Source: an uncultured bacterium
Lineage (GTDB): Bacteria; Sysuimicrobiota; Sysuimicrobiia; Sysuimicrobiales; Sysuimicrobiaceae
Direction: 5' to 3'
NCBI GenBank assembly: GCA_938028835.1
Contig: CALIMJ010000006.1
Span: 4,759-68,758, forward strand
Length of the DNA stretch: 64,000 nt
Shown here: piece after piece, positions 19,339 to 30,069 of the stretch
Position numbering within the stretch: the first letter of the stretch is position 1
Layout: every line of letters starts with the position of its first letter
Notes under the pieces: model-generated
Seen by the model: only the letters and a program-made list of their open reading frames with translations
Told to the model about the DNA's origin: nothing
Databases searched by the model: none
Position numbers and translations under genes: made by a program

Positions 19339-19473
19339 GGCAAAGGTAATATCGTTCAGATCTCCACCGCCCACCATCGGTCGCGCAGCCGACTTCCTCG
19401 GGTGCGGGCCCGATGTCGTTGACACCCCAGGGCACAGCGCCCATCATGGGGCCGACTGCTGCAGGAGGGTGGG

Positions 19474-20067
19474 ATGGAGGGCGAGGGAAGCCGGCGGCTG
19501 GTGGTGGCCATCACGGGGGCCAGCGGGGCCATCCGGGGGATCCGGCTGCTGGAGGCGGCACGGGAGCTGGGGCTGGAGAACCACCTGGTGGTAAGCGAAT
19601 GGGCGGAGCGTACCATCCCGCACGAGACGGACTACCGCGTGGAGGACGTCCTCGGGCTCGCCAGCGTGGTGCACCGCCGCGACGACCAGGCCGCGGTCAT
19701 CTCCAGCGGCTCGTTTCCCACCCGGGGGATGGCGGTGGTACCGTGCAGCATGAAGACCCTGGCAGCCATGGCCTGCGGGTTCGCGGACGACCTCATCCAC
19801 CGGGCTGCGGACGTCACCCTGAAGGAACGGCGCAGGCTGGTCCTGGTGCCGCGCGAGGCACCCCTGAGCAGCATCCACCTAAAAAATATGCTGAAGCTGT
19901 CCAACCTGGGCGCGGTGATCCTGCCGCCGGTGCCCGCCTTCTACACCCACCCGCGCAGTCTGGACGAGGTGGTGGACCACGTGGTGGCGCGGGTCCTGGA
20001 CCAGTTCGGGTGGAGCTGGAGCCGCGCCCGGCGCTGGGACGGGCGCATGCAACGGAGCCCGGACTGA
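19474..20067 (+). CDS. ubiX: Flavin prenyltransferase UbiX (prFMN synthase)
   Basis: LVVAITGASGA flavoprotein motif, PCSMKTLAAMA, ILPPVPAFY. 197 aa. Confidence 0.9.
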   Translation: MEGEGSRRLVVAITGASGAIRGIRLLEAARELGLENHLVVSEWAERTIPHETDYRVEDVLGLASVVHRRDDQAAVISSGSFPTRGMAVVPCSMKTLAAMACGFADDLIHRAADVTLKERRRLVLVPREAPLSSIHLKNMLKLSNLGAVILPPVPAFYTHPRSLDEVVDHVVARVLDQFGWSWSRARRWDGRMQRSPD

Positions 20068-20095
20068 GGCTCGCGCGCGGATTGTCCGTCCACCC

Positions 20096-20884
20096 ATGAC
20101 CGCGCTTGGGGACGCCCTAGGAGCGGCCAGCCCATGGCCCGCGGCGCTCGCTGCGAGCCTCCTGGCCTCGGCACTGGCGTGGCGGCTGGGTGCCTTGTCC
20201 GGAGACGGGGCGGTTGCCGCGGTGGCGGTGGGTACCGTGGTGGCCGGGGCGGGAGGCTGGAGGTGGGCTGCCCTGCTCCTGGGGTTCGTGACTGCCGCCT
20301 CCGCCGCCAGCGCCCTGCCCCCGCGGCCGCAGGCGCCCCGGCGGAACGCGCGCCAGGTGCTGGCCAACGGGCTGGTGGCGGCTGTGGCCGCGGGGCTGCA
20401 CGGGCTGGGGGTGGCACCCGCGGGGGCGGTGTTCGCGGCCGCGCTGAGCGCCGGGTGGGCCGACACCTGGGCCACGGAGTTCGGGGTGCGCTACGGGGGC
20501 AGGCCGCGCCGTCTGTGGGGCCGCGAGCCCCTGGAGCCGGGCGTCAGCGGCGGCATCACCACCGCCGGCACGGCGGCAGGTGTGCTGGCGGCGGTCTGCT
20601 GCGGTGGGCTGGCGGGCGCGCTGGCTATCGCCCCGACAGGGTGGACCGCCGGAGCGGGACTGGTTGGGATGCTGGTGGACTCGGCGGTGGGAGGAGCTGT
20701 CCAGGGGCACTACCGGTGCAGTACGTGCGGCCGCGAGGGCGAGTCTGTCCGGTGTCCGTGCGGGGGCCGTACCCAGCGGGTGCGGGGGCTGTGGTGGGTG
20801 GACAACGACGCCACCAACCTGCTGGCCACCGCCGCAGCCGGTGCCCTGGGGCTGTGGGGGAGCCTGCCCGGCGGCTTACCATGA
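20096..20884 (+). CDS. DUF92 (TMEM19-like) integral membrane protein
   Basis: Multi-pass hydrophobic protein with the GWADTWATEFG motif characteristic of DUF92. Confidence 0.65.
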   Translation: MTALGDALGAASPWPAALAASLLASALAWRLGALSGDGAVAAVAVGTVVAGAGGWRWAALLLGFVTAASAASALPPRPQAPRRNARQVLANGLVAAVAAGLHGLGVAPAGAVFAAALSAGWADTWATEFGVRYGGRPRRLWGREPLEPGVSGGITTAGTAAGVLAAVCCGGLAGALAIAPTGWTAGAGLVGMLVDSAVGGAVQGHYRCSTCGREGESVRCPCGGRTQRVRGLWWVDNDATNLLATAAAGALGLWGSLPGGLP

Positions 20885-20909
20885 TGGACGGGCGAAGGAG
20901 GAGGCAGAC

Positions 20910-22343
20910 GTGGAACGCGTGCCGCTGGGGCTGACCTTCGACGACGTGCTGCTGGTGCCGCGTCGGTCGCCGGTGGAAAGCCGCGCGGAGGTGGACACCC
21001 GTACCCGCCTGGCCCGCGGGGTGGAGCTGGCGGTCCCCATCGTGAGCGCCAACATGGACGCGGTCACGGAAAGCGAGATGGCCATCGCCATGGCGCGGGA
21101 GGGGGGGATCGGGATCATCCACCGGTTTCTCCCCGTGGACCAGCAGGTGGCGGAGGTCCGGCGGGTGAAGCGGGCGGAGAGCATCGTCATCGAGCAGCCG
21201 TACACCATCCGCCCGGACCAGACGCTGCGGGAGGCGGTGGCGTTTTTGGAGGAGCACGGGTCCGCGGGCCTGCTGGTGGTGCAGGACGGCCGGTTGGTGG
21301 GGATCGTCACCGCCCGTGACCTGTTGTTCGAGGAGGACCTGGACCGGCCCGTGCGGGAGGTGATGACGCCTCGGGAGCGCCTGGTCACGGCACCCCCCGG
21401 GATCAGCATGGAGGAGGCCAAGCGCATCCTGCACGCGCACCGGGTGGAGAAGCTGCCCCTGGTGGACGGGGAGGGCCGGCTGGTGGGCTTGGTGACCAGC
21501 CGGGACATCCGCAGCCGCATGCAGCACCCGAACGCCACCAAGGACGAGCGCGGCCGCCTCCGCGTGGGGGCCGCGGTGGGCGTGCGGGGCGACTACCTGG
21601 AGCGGGCGGAGGCGCTGGTCGAAGAAGGGGTGGATGCGCTGGTGGTGGACGTGGCGCACGGCCACTCGGAGGCCGTACTTCGGGCAGTGCGCACCCTGCG
21701 CCGCCGGTTCCCCGAGGTCCCCATCGTGGCGGGGAACGTGGCCACCGCGGAGGGCACGGTGGACCTCATCGAGGCCGGTGCGGACGCGGTGAAGGTCGGG
21801 GTGGGACCTGGCTCCACCTGCACCACCCGGGTGGTCACGGGGGCAGGGGTGCCGCAGCTTTCCGCCATCCTGGAGTGCGCGCGGGTGGCGCGTCCGAGAG
21901 GAATTCCCATCATCGCGGACGGGGGAATCCGCAGCTCCGGGGACATCACCAAGGCCCTGGCCGCAGGGGCCAGCGCGGTGATGCTGGGCAACCTGCTGGC
22001 GGGCACGGAGGAAAGCCCGGGCGCCACGGTGATCCGCAACGGCCGCCAGTACAAGACGTACCGCGGCATGGCCAGCCTGTGGGCCACCGCCCGCCGCCGG
22101 TCCCTCGACAGCCCCATAGACGAGGAGGAGGTCGGCCAGATCGTGGCCGAGGGCATCGAGGCGCTGGTGCCCTACCGGGGCAAGGTAGCGGACGTGCTGC
22201 ACCAGCTGGTGGGCGGCCTTCGGTCGGGCATGAGCTACTGCGGGGCCCGCACCATCCCCGAGCTGTGGGAAAACGCCCGCTTCGTCCGCATCACCCCCGC
22301 GGGCCTGCGGGAGAGCCTGCCGCACGACGTAGAGCCCCTGTAG
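20910..22343 (+). CDS. guaB: IMP dehydrogenase
   Basis: GTG start 5 nt after a GGAGGAGG RBS ([17 protein letters not shown]). Two CBS domains. [11 protein letters not shown] catalytic loop and GGIRSSGDI motif. The upstream part of the 587-aa ORF overlaps DUF92 and is rejected. Confidence 0.9.
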   Translation: MERVPLGLTFDDVLLVPRRSPVESRAEVDTRTRLARGVELAVPIVSANMDAVTESEMAIAMAREGGIGIIHRFLPVDQQVAEVRRVKRAESIVIEQPYTIRPDQTLREAVAFLEEHGSAGLLVVQDGRLVGIVTARDLLFEEDLDRPVREVMTPRERLVTAPPGISMEEAKRILHAHRVEKLPLVDGEGRLVGLVTSRDIRSRMQHPNATKDERGRLRVGAAVGVRGDYLERAEALVEEGVDALVVDVAHGHSEAVLRAVRTLRRRFPEVPIVAGNVATAEGTVDLIEAGADAVKVGVGPGSTCTTRVVTGAGVPQLSAILECARVARPRGIPIIADGGIRSSGDITKALAAGASAVMLGNLLAGTEESPGATVIRNGRQYKTYRGMASLWATARRRSLDSPIDEEEVGQIVAEGIEALVPYRGKVADVLHQLVGGLRSGMSYCGARTIPELWENARFVRITPAGLRESLPHDVEPL

Positions 22344-22394
22344 CCGCGCACCAGGCCGCCCTCAGCTCCTCGCGGACTGACCGGGTCCGCAGGG

Positions 22395-23591
22395 TTGGCA
22401 TACTTCTTGCAACCCCTCCTGGCGATGGTCCGCAACCCTCGGCTGCCGGACTCCGAGGCCCGCCGTCGCCGGGCCCAGACCCGCGGCATCCTCATCTCCG
22501 CCCTGGGCTACGCCACAGCCCTGGGGGTCGTGGTGCTGACGGCCCGTCTGTGGCACTCGCCTCTTTCGCTCTCGGTCCTGGCGGAGCTGGCAGCGGCCAC
22601 CGCGGGCGTGCTGGCCGGCCTGTACCTCATGGCCGCCACCGGGGCCACCCGGTGGATCCGGTCCTGGGACCCCCACTTCGTGTACCTGCCCATGCTGGCG
22701 ACGGTTTTCCTCCTCAACCTGTACATGCGAGTGGTCCCGGACGCCCGGTGGGTCCTGGTGCACGGCTGGCTGGGGTCCCTGGGGCTGGTGGCGGGCTTCG
22801 GCGCGGTCTGGCCCCTCCTCGGCCTCACGGCCCTGTACCTGGCCACGTACCTGTGGGTGGCGAGCAGCAGCCCCGCCTTCTACCTGCGCCAGGAGCTCGT
22901 GGTGATCTTCGCGGTGGCGTTCGCGTCGGTGATGTGCAGCGTGGCGTCCGAGCGGTTCCGCCGGCAGCGGGAAAGGTCCAAGCAGCTGGCCCGGCAACTG
23001 GAGGACGCCAACCGCCGGCTGGCGGACCTGGCCCTGCGGGACCCCCTCACGGGCGTGTACAACCGTCGTTACCTGGAGGAGTTCCTGACCCAACAGATCG
23101 CACGGGCGCAGCGACAGCACACACCCCTGGTGGTGGCCATGGTGGACCTGGACGACTTCAAGCTGTACAACGACACCCAGGGCCACCTGGCCGGGGACGA
23201 GCTGCTGCGCCGGGTGGCCGAAGTGATGGGCGCATCTATCCGCCGCAGCGACGTGGTGGCCCGGTACGGCGGCGAGGAGTTCACCGTGGTGCTGGTGGAT
23301 ACCGATCCCCACGACGGCGCCCGCGTGCTGGAGCGGATCCGCAGCGCGGTGGCGTCCCTGCCCGTGCCCGGAACCGACCTGATGCCGTGGGGTGCGGTCA
23401 CGGTGAGTGCGGGCGTGGCCTGTTACCCCCACGACGGCGCCACGGCCCGGGAGCTGCTAGCCAGGGCGGACGACGCTCTTTACCGCGCCAAGATCCTGGG
23501 CAAGAACCGGGTGGAGTTCGCCTCTACCCCAGGACCCGCCGCCCCCGCACCTGAAGGCACACGAGTTGCTCCCGATCTGCCGCGGGGGTAG
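22395..23591 (+). CDS. Membrane-anchored diguanylate cyclase (GGDEF)
   Basis: About five N-terminal TM helices, then RDPLTGVYNRR...YGGEEF. Confidence 0.85.
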   Translation: MAYFLQPLLAMVRNPRLPDSEARRRRAQTRGILISALGYATALGVVVLTARLWHSPLSLSVLAELAAATAGVLAGLYLMAATGATRWIRSWDPHFVYLPMLATVFLLNLYMRVVPDARWVLVHGWLGSLGLVAGFGAVWPLLGLTALYLATYLWVASSSPAFYLRQELVVIFAVAFASVMCSVASERFRRQRERSKQLARQLEDANRRLADLALRDPLTGVYNRRYLEEFLTQQIARAQRQHTPLVVAMVDLDDFKLYNDTQGHLAGDELLRRVAEVMGASIRRSDVVARYGGEEFTVVLVDTDPHDGARVLERIRSAVASLPVPGTDLMPWGAVTVSAGVACYPHDGATARELLARADDALYRAKILGKNRVEFASTPGPAAPAPEGTRVAPDLPRG

Positions 23592-23596
23592 GAACC

Positions 23597-26263
23597 GTGG
23601 CCGGACGGACACAGCGCGCGGCAGAGATCCTGCAGGCCTGCGTGCGGATGGCGGAGTGGCTGCTGGCCAGCCCGGGCTGCGAGAAAAGCTGCGAGGAAGC
23701 CCTACGGTTGCTGGGCGAGGCCGCGGGGGTAAGCCGCGTCTACGTGTTCGAAAACCACGTGGGCGCGGACGGAACCCTGCTGACCAGCCAGCGCCATGAG
23801 TGGTGGGCGCCGGGGATTGAGTCACAGATGGACAACCCCGACCTTCAGGACTTCCCGTGGGAGGAAGGCGGGTTTTCCCGGTGGGCGCGGCTCATGGAGG
23901 AAGGCCGGCCCGTGTTCGGGCTGGTTCGCGACTTCCCTCCCTCGGAGCGGGCGGTGCTGGAACCGCAGCAGATCCGGTCTCTGGCCGCGGTCCCCATCTT
24001 CGCCCACGGCCGCTGGTGGGGGTTTGTGGGGTTCGACGACTGCTGGACGGACCGGGTGTGGGCCCCGGAGGAGATTTCCGCCCTGCAGCTGGCCAGCCGC
24101 CTGATGGGGGCGGCTTTGGATCGCCACCGCGCCGACGACGACCTCCGCCTCACCGCGGAGGTTGCCACCCGCCTGTTGGGTTGCACCTCTTGGCGGGAGG
24201 TCGCGGTCCAGATCCACGCCACCCTCGGAATTCGCCTGCACCCCGACGGCCTGAGTCTGTTCGTCCTGGAGCCTACCGGCACCTACCTGGAACTGGTGGC
24301 GGCGCGGGGCGATCCCCCGGCGTTTTCCCCGGGGAGCGTGCTACCCTTGCTTCCCCCGGAGGCGTGGTGCGGGGCCTGGGCGGTAGCGTACGGGCGGGTG
24401 TACTGGGTGCAGGACGTCAAAAGCCCGGACTTGCCCTTCGGGGTGCCAAACGCCCTGTCCCGGGCGGGGGTGCGGTCGCTCCTCCTCATCCCCCTGACCT
24501 CCGAGGCGCGAACCACTGGATGTCTCGTACTGGACTACCGGTCGCCGGTCCAGCTGGACCCGGCACAGGTCCAGTCCTGCGAGCTCGCTAGGCCCGTGGT
24601 CGCCGTGGCCGTCGAGCGGGTGCGGGAGTACACCACCTACCAGGACCTGTTCCACCGGGTCCCCGTGGGCCTCTACCGCAGTACCCCGGACGGTACGGTG
24701 CTGCAGGCGAACCGGTTCCTGGCCGAACTCCTGGGATATCCCAGCCCTGAAGCCCTTCTGGCCCGCAACGCCCGCGACCTCTACGCACACCCCCAGGACC
24801 GCGAGCGGTGGCGCCAGCTCATGGACGCCGCCGGCCGGGTGGACGATCTGGAGACGCGGATGCGGCGCGTGGACGGACAGCCCGTGTGGGTGCTGGAGTC
24901 CGCGCGGGCGGTCTTCGGACCGGACGGCCGCCCGCTGTACTACGAGGGCTGCGTGGTGGACCACACCGCCCGCAGGGCCCTACAGGACCAGGTCTCCTAC
25001 CTGTCCCGCCACGACCCGCTCACGGGGGTGGCCAATCGCGAAGACTTCCTCCGCCACCTCACGGCCGGGCTGGAGGCCGGCCACAAGCCCGCGGTACTCC
25101 TCGTGGACCTGAACGAGTTCCACCAGGTCAACGAGGAGTTCGGCCCCGCCATCGGCGATCGGGCGCTGCAGTGGGTAGCGCAGACCCTCAAGGCCCACGT
25201 TCGGAGCACGGACGTGGTGGCCAGGGTCGGCGGGGACCGGTTCGCGGTCCTGCTGCCGGACGCGGACGCCCGGGTGGCCCGCAGGACCGCAGAAAGGCTG
25301 CTGCAGGCCCTGCGGGCGCCGGCGCCGCTGCAAGGGATGCAGGTGCGGGTGTGGCCGCGGTGCGGCGCAGCCGTGCTGGGCCGCACCCGTGCGGGGGCGG
25401 TGGAGCTACTCCGAGCGGCGGAGTCTGCCCTGGACCGGGCCAAGTCAGCCCCGGGGCTGTACGTAGCCCACGCCACCTCCCACAGGCGTGGGTTGTCGTG
25501 GACCGACCGGATCCGGCAGGCCCTCCGGGAAGACCGGCTGGGGTTGTTCGCGCAACCCATCCTGGACCTGCGGACCGATCACCTGGAGCGGTGGGAGCTG
25601 CTCCTGCGCGCCCGCGAGAAGTCCCGGTGGGTGGGCCCCGACCGGTTCCTCCATGAAGCCGAGCGCTCCGGGCTGGTGGTGGAGTTGGACCTGTGGGTCC
25701 TGCGGCGGGCCCTGGACCTGGCCGGGAGGCTACCAGGCTACGTGCACGTGAACTTCTCGGGGCGCACCGTCTCCGAACCCCAGGCCGTGGAACGCGCCCT
25801 GGTGCTCCTCCGGTCGAGCCCAGAGGGCGCGGCACGCGTCGTGGTGGAGATCACCGAGACGGCCGTGTTACAGGACCTTCAGCAGGCCGCCCGGTTCATC
25901 CAGGCCCTCAGGGCCGCAGGGGCCTCGGTGGTGCTGGACGACTTCGGCGTGGGCTACTCCTCCCTCGCACACTTGCGCCACCTGCAGGTGGACGGCTTCA
26001 AGATCGACGGGAGCTTCGTCGGGCACATGGGCTCCAACCCCCGCGACCGCCACCTGGTCCGCAGCCTGGTGGAGATGGGCCACGCCCTGGGCTGTCTCGT
26101 GATCGCGGAGTGGGTGGAAGACAGCGGCACCCTGGAGATGCTGCGGGAGTTCGGAGCGGACTGCGCGCAGGGGTTCTACGTGGCGCGGCCTGCACCCCTG
26201 CCGTCCGCGGAAAGGCGCTTCGTACCCTCCCTGCGGGCTGGACGCGTTACCCCGAGCCCTTGA
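23597..26263 (+). CDS. GAF-GAF-PAS-GGDEF-EAL multidomain c-di-GMP signalling protein
   Basis: Two GAF-like regions, a PAS region (RSTPDGTVLQANRF), a GGDEF domain (RHDPLTGVANRE...VGGDRF) and an EAL domain (QPILDL...EITETAVLQD...DDFGVGYSSL). Confidence 0.85.
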   Translation: MAGRTQRAAEILQACVRMAEWLLASPGCEKSCEEALRLLGEAAGVSRVYVFENHVGADGTLLTSQRHEWWAPGIESQMDNPDLQDFPWEEGGFSRWARLMEEGRPVFGLVRDFPPSERAVLEPQQIRSLAAVPIFAHGRWWGFVGFDDCWTDRVWAPEEISALQLASRLMGAALDRHRADDDLRLTAEVATRLLGCTSWREVAVQIHATLGIRLHPDGLSLFVLEPTGTYLELVAARGDPPAFSPGSVLPLLPPEAWCGAWAVAYGRVYWVQDVKSPDLPFGVPNALSRAGVRSLLLIPLTSEARTTGCLVLDYRSPVQLDPAQVQSCELARPVVAVAVERVREYTTYQDLFHRVPVGLYRSTPDGTVLQANRFLAELLGYPSPEALLARNARDLYAHPQDRERWRQLMDAAGRVDDLETRMRRVDGQPVWVLESARAVFGPDGRPLYYEGCVVDHTARRALQDQVSYLSRHDPLTGVANREDFLRHLTAGLEAGHKPAVLLVDLNEFHQVNEEFGPAIGDRALQWVAQTLKAHVRSTDVVARVGGDRFAVLLPDADARVARRTAERLLQALRAPAPLQGMQVRVWPRCGAAVLGRTRAGAVELLRAAESALDRAKSAPGLYVAHATSHRRGLSWTDRIRQALREDRLGLFAQPILDLRTDHLERWELLLRAREKSRWVGPDRFLHEAERSGLVVELDLWVLRRALDLAGRLPGYVHVNFSGRTVSEPQAVERALVLLRSSPEGAARVVVEITETAVLQDLQQAARFIQALRAAGASVVLDDFGVGYSSLAHLRHLQVDGFKIDGSFVGHMGSNPRDRHLVRSLVEMGHALGCLVIAEWVEDSGTLEMLREFGADCAQGFYVARPAPLPSAERRFVPSLRAGRVTPSP

Positions 26264-26822
26264 AGACCGGGAGGATCCCCATGTGGTGCACGTCCGGCCA
26301 GTCCTGCCCTTCCAGGAGCAGCGCCGCCTTGGCCACCACCCGGCCGCCCGCGCGTTCCACGAGCTCCGCCATGGCCTGCAGGGTCTCGCCCGTGCTCACG
26401 ATGTCGTCTACCAGCCCGACCGCGCGGCCGCGCAGCTTCAGGGCGTCCCGGCCGTCCAGGAACAGCTCCTGTTCGGTCTTGGCGGTGATGGGCTTGTAGC
26501 GCACCGACAGCGGGCTCAGCATGAAGGGCCGGATCTCCTTTCGGCAGACCACGTACGGCCGCAGGCCCAGGTAGGTGGCGATGGCGTGGGCCAGCGGGAT
26601 CCCCTTCGTCTCCGTGGTCACGAACAGCTCACAGCCGGCCATCCGCTCGCTGAGGATCCGGGCGGCCCGGTCGATGACCTCGGTGTCGCCCAGGCTGTAG
26701 TAATAGGCGATCCACGTGTCCGGCGCCACCTGGATCAGGGGCAGCTGCCGCCGCGCCCCCGCGATGTCCAGCTCGTAGGTGGACTGCCCGTTGAACGGCA
26801 ACACGTGTGCCACCGCTCTCAC
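26247..26822 (-). CDS. Type I phosphoribosyltransferase (Xpt/Apt-like), last gene of the pur operon
   Basis: VGLVDDIVSTGETL PRPP-binding motif. 191 aa. Begins 40 nt after the purH stop. Confidence 0.7.
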   Translation of the reverse strand: MRAVAHVLPFNGQSTYELDIAGARRQLPLIQVAPDTWIAYYYSLGDTEVIDRAARILSERMAGCELFVTTETKGIPLAHAIATYLGLRPYVVCRKEIRPFMLSPLSVRYKPITAKTEQELFLDGRDALKLRGRAVGLVDDIVSTGETLQAMAELVERAGGRVVAKAALLLEGQDWPDVHHMGILPVFKGSG

Positions 26823-26862
26823 TCCTTCCGCCGCACCGATACTGGATCGTACCGCAGCCCGC

Positions 26863-28375
<1,513 letters not shown>

Positions 28376-28386
<11 letters not shown>

Positions 28387-29029
28387 CGCTTCCTCCTTCA
28401 CCGGGCCAGCTCCCCGCTGGCACCAGCTCCTCGAACCGCACCTGCCCGGTGACCACCCGGCGGATGGCTTCCGGGTACAGCCGGTGTTCCTGCTCCGCCA
28501 CCCGGGCCGCGAGGGTCTCCACCGTGTCGCCCGGCAGGACGGGCACCCGCGCCTGCGTCACCACCGGCCCCGCGTCCACGTCCTCGGTGACGAAGTGCAC
28601 CGTGCAGCCGCTCTCCACCGCACCGGAGGCCAGCACCGCCTGGTGCACCCGCTCGCCGTACATGCCTCTGCCGCCGAAGGCCGGCAGCAGCGAGGGGTGG
28701 ATGTTGAGGATGCGGCCCCGGTACCGTTCCACGAACTCAGGGGGGAGGATCCGCAGGAAGCCCGCCAGGCACACCCACTGCGCCCCGTGGGCCTCCAGCA
28801 CTTCCGCCAGCCGCCGGCCGAACTCCCGGGGGTCCTTGCGCCAGGGGACCACGTACGCAGGGACTCCCGCCTGCCGGGCCCGTTCCAGGGCGTACGCGCC
28901 TGACCTGTCGGAGACCACCACCACCACCTCCGCGGGGTAGTCGGGGTCCCGGGTGGCGTCCAGGATCGCCTGCAGGTTGGTGCCCCGGCCAGACACCAGG
29001 ACCGCCAGCCGCGCGCGACCTTCCCTCAC
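28376..29029 (-). CDS. purN: Phosphoribosylglycinamide formyltransferase
   Basis: LAVLVSGRGTNLQAIL, HPSLLPAFGG and the NIHPSLLP motif. GTG start overlaps the purM stop (GTGA). Confidence 0.85.
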
Positions 29030-30069
29030 GGCCGCTCCTCCACGACCACCCGTACGTCCCGCGGGCCGGCCACTACCTCGCCCACGCGGTACACCGTCTC
29101 CCCGCACGCCCGCAAGACCTCCTCCGCCCTCGCCGCGGCCTCTGGACGCACTGCCACCACCAGGCCCACACCCATGTTGAACACCCGGAACATCTCCCGC
29201 TCGTCCACAGGGCCCCTGCGGGCTACCAGCCAGAACACCGGGGGGACCGGCCACGTCACCCGGACCTCCACGGCGCAGCCCTCGGGCAGGACCCGCGCCA
29301 GGTTCCCCGGGATCCCGCCGCCGGTTACGTGCGCCATGGCCGTCACCTCCCGGCCCACCTCCTCCAGCAGCCGCAGCAGGCTCGGCGCGTAACAGCGGTG
29401 GGGTCGCAGCAGCGCGTCGCCCCGGGTGCAGCCCAGGTCCGGCTCGTAGCGGTCCAGGTCCCCCACTTCCCGCACCAGGACGGTCCGGGCCAGGCTGTAC
29501 CCGTTGGTGTGGAGCCCGTCGGAGGCCAGGCCCAGCAACACGTCGCCGGGCCGCACGGAGCTCCCGTCCACCAGATCCGCCGCCTCCGCCACCCCCACCG
29601 CGCAACCCACCACGTCCCACGCGCCCTCGCGGTACACGCCGGGCATCTCCGCGGTCTCCCCGCCCACCAGCGCCACCCCGTAGCGGGCGCACGCGTCCAC
29701 CACCCCCTCCAGCACCGCCTCCAGAGCTTCCGGCCGCATCCGGCCCGCGGCCACGTAGTCCAGGAAGAACAGGGGCCTTGCGCCGTGCACGGCCACGTCG
29801 TTGAGCCCGTGGGCCACCACGTCGTGTCCTAAGGTCCGGAAGTCCGCGGGGCCGCGGGCCAGCAACGTCTTGGTACCCACCCCGTCCACGGAAGCCACCA
29901 GCACCGGCTCCCGTAAGGGGGGCACCCGCACGATGCCCCCGAACAGGCCGACCCCGCCCACCACCTGCGGGGTAAAGGTGGACTGGATCCTGGGGATCAG
30001 CCGGCGCAGCACCGCCTCGGTGGCCTCCGGGTCCACACCGGCGTCGCGGTAGGTGAGGGTACGGGTCAG
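29026..30069 (-). CDS. purM: Phosphoribosylformylglycinamidine cyclo-ligase (AIR synthetase)
   Basis: LTYRDAGVD, GVGGFGG-like and DGVGTK motifs. The only in-frame start after the purF stop is CTG, 5 nt after GGAGGTG, so the start is uncertain. Confidence 0.8.
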   Translation of the reverse strand: MTRTLTYRDAGVDPEATEAVLRRLIPRIQSTFTPQVVGGVGLFGGIVRVPPLREPVLVASVDGVGTKTLLARGPADFRTLGHDVVAHGLNDVAVHGARPLFFLDYVAAGRMRPEALEAVLEGVVDACARYGVALVGGETAEMPGVYREGAWDVVGCAVGVAEAADLVDGSSVRPGDVLLGLASDGLHTNGYSLARTVLVREVGDLDRYEPDLGCTRGDALLRPHRCYAPSLLRLLEEVGREVTAMAHVTGGGIPGNLARVLPEGCAVEVRVTWPVPPVFWLVARRGPVDEREMFRVFNMGVGLVVAVRPEAAARAEEVLRACGETVYRVGEVVAGPRDVRVVVEERP

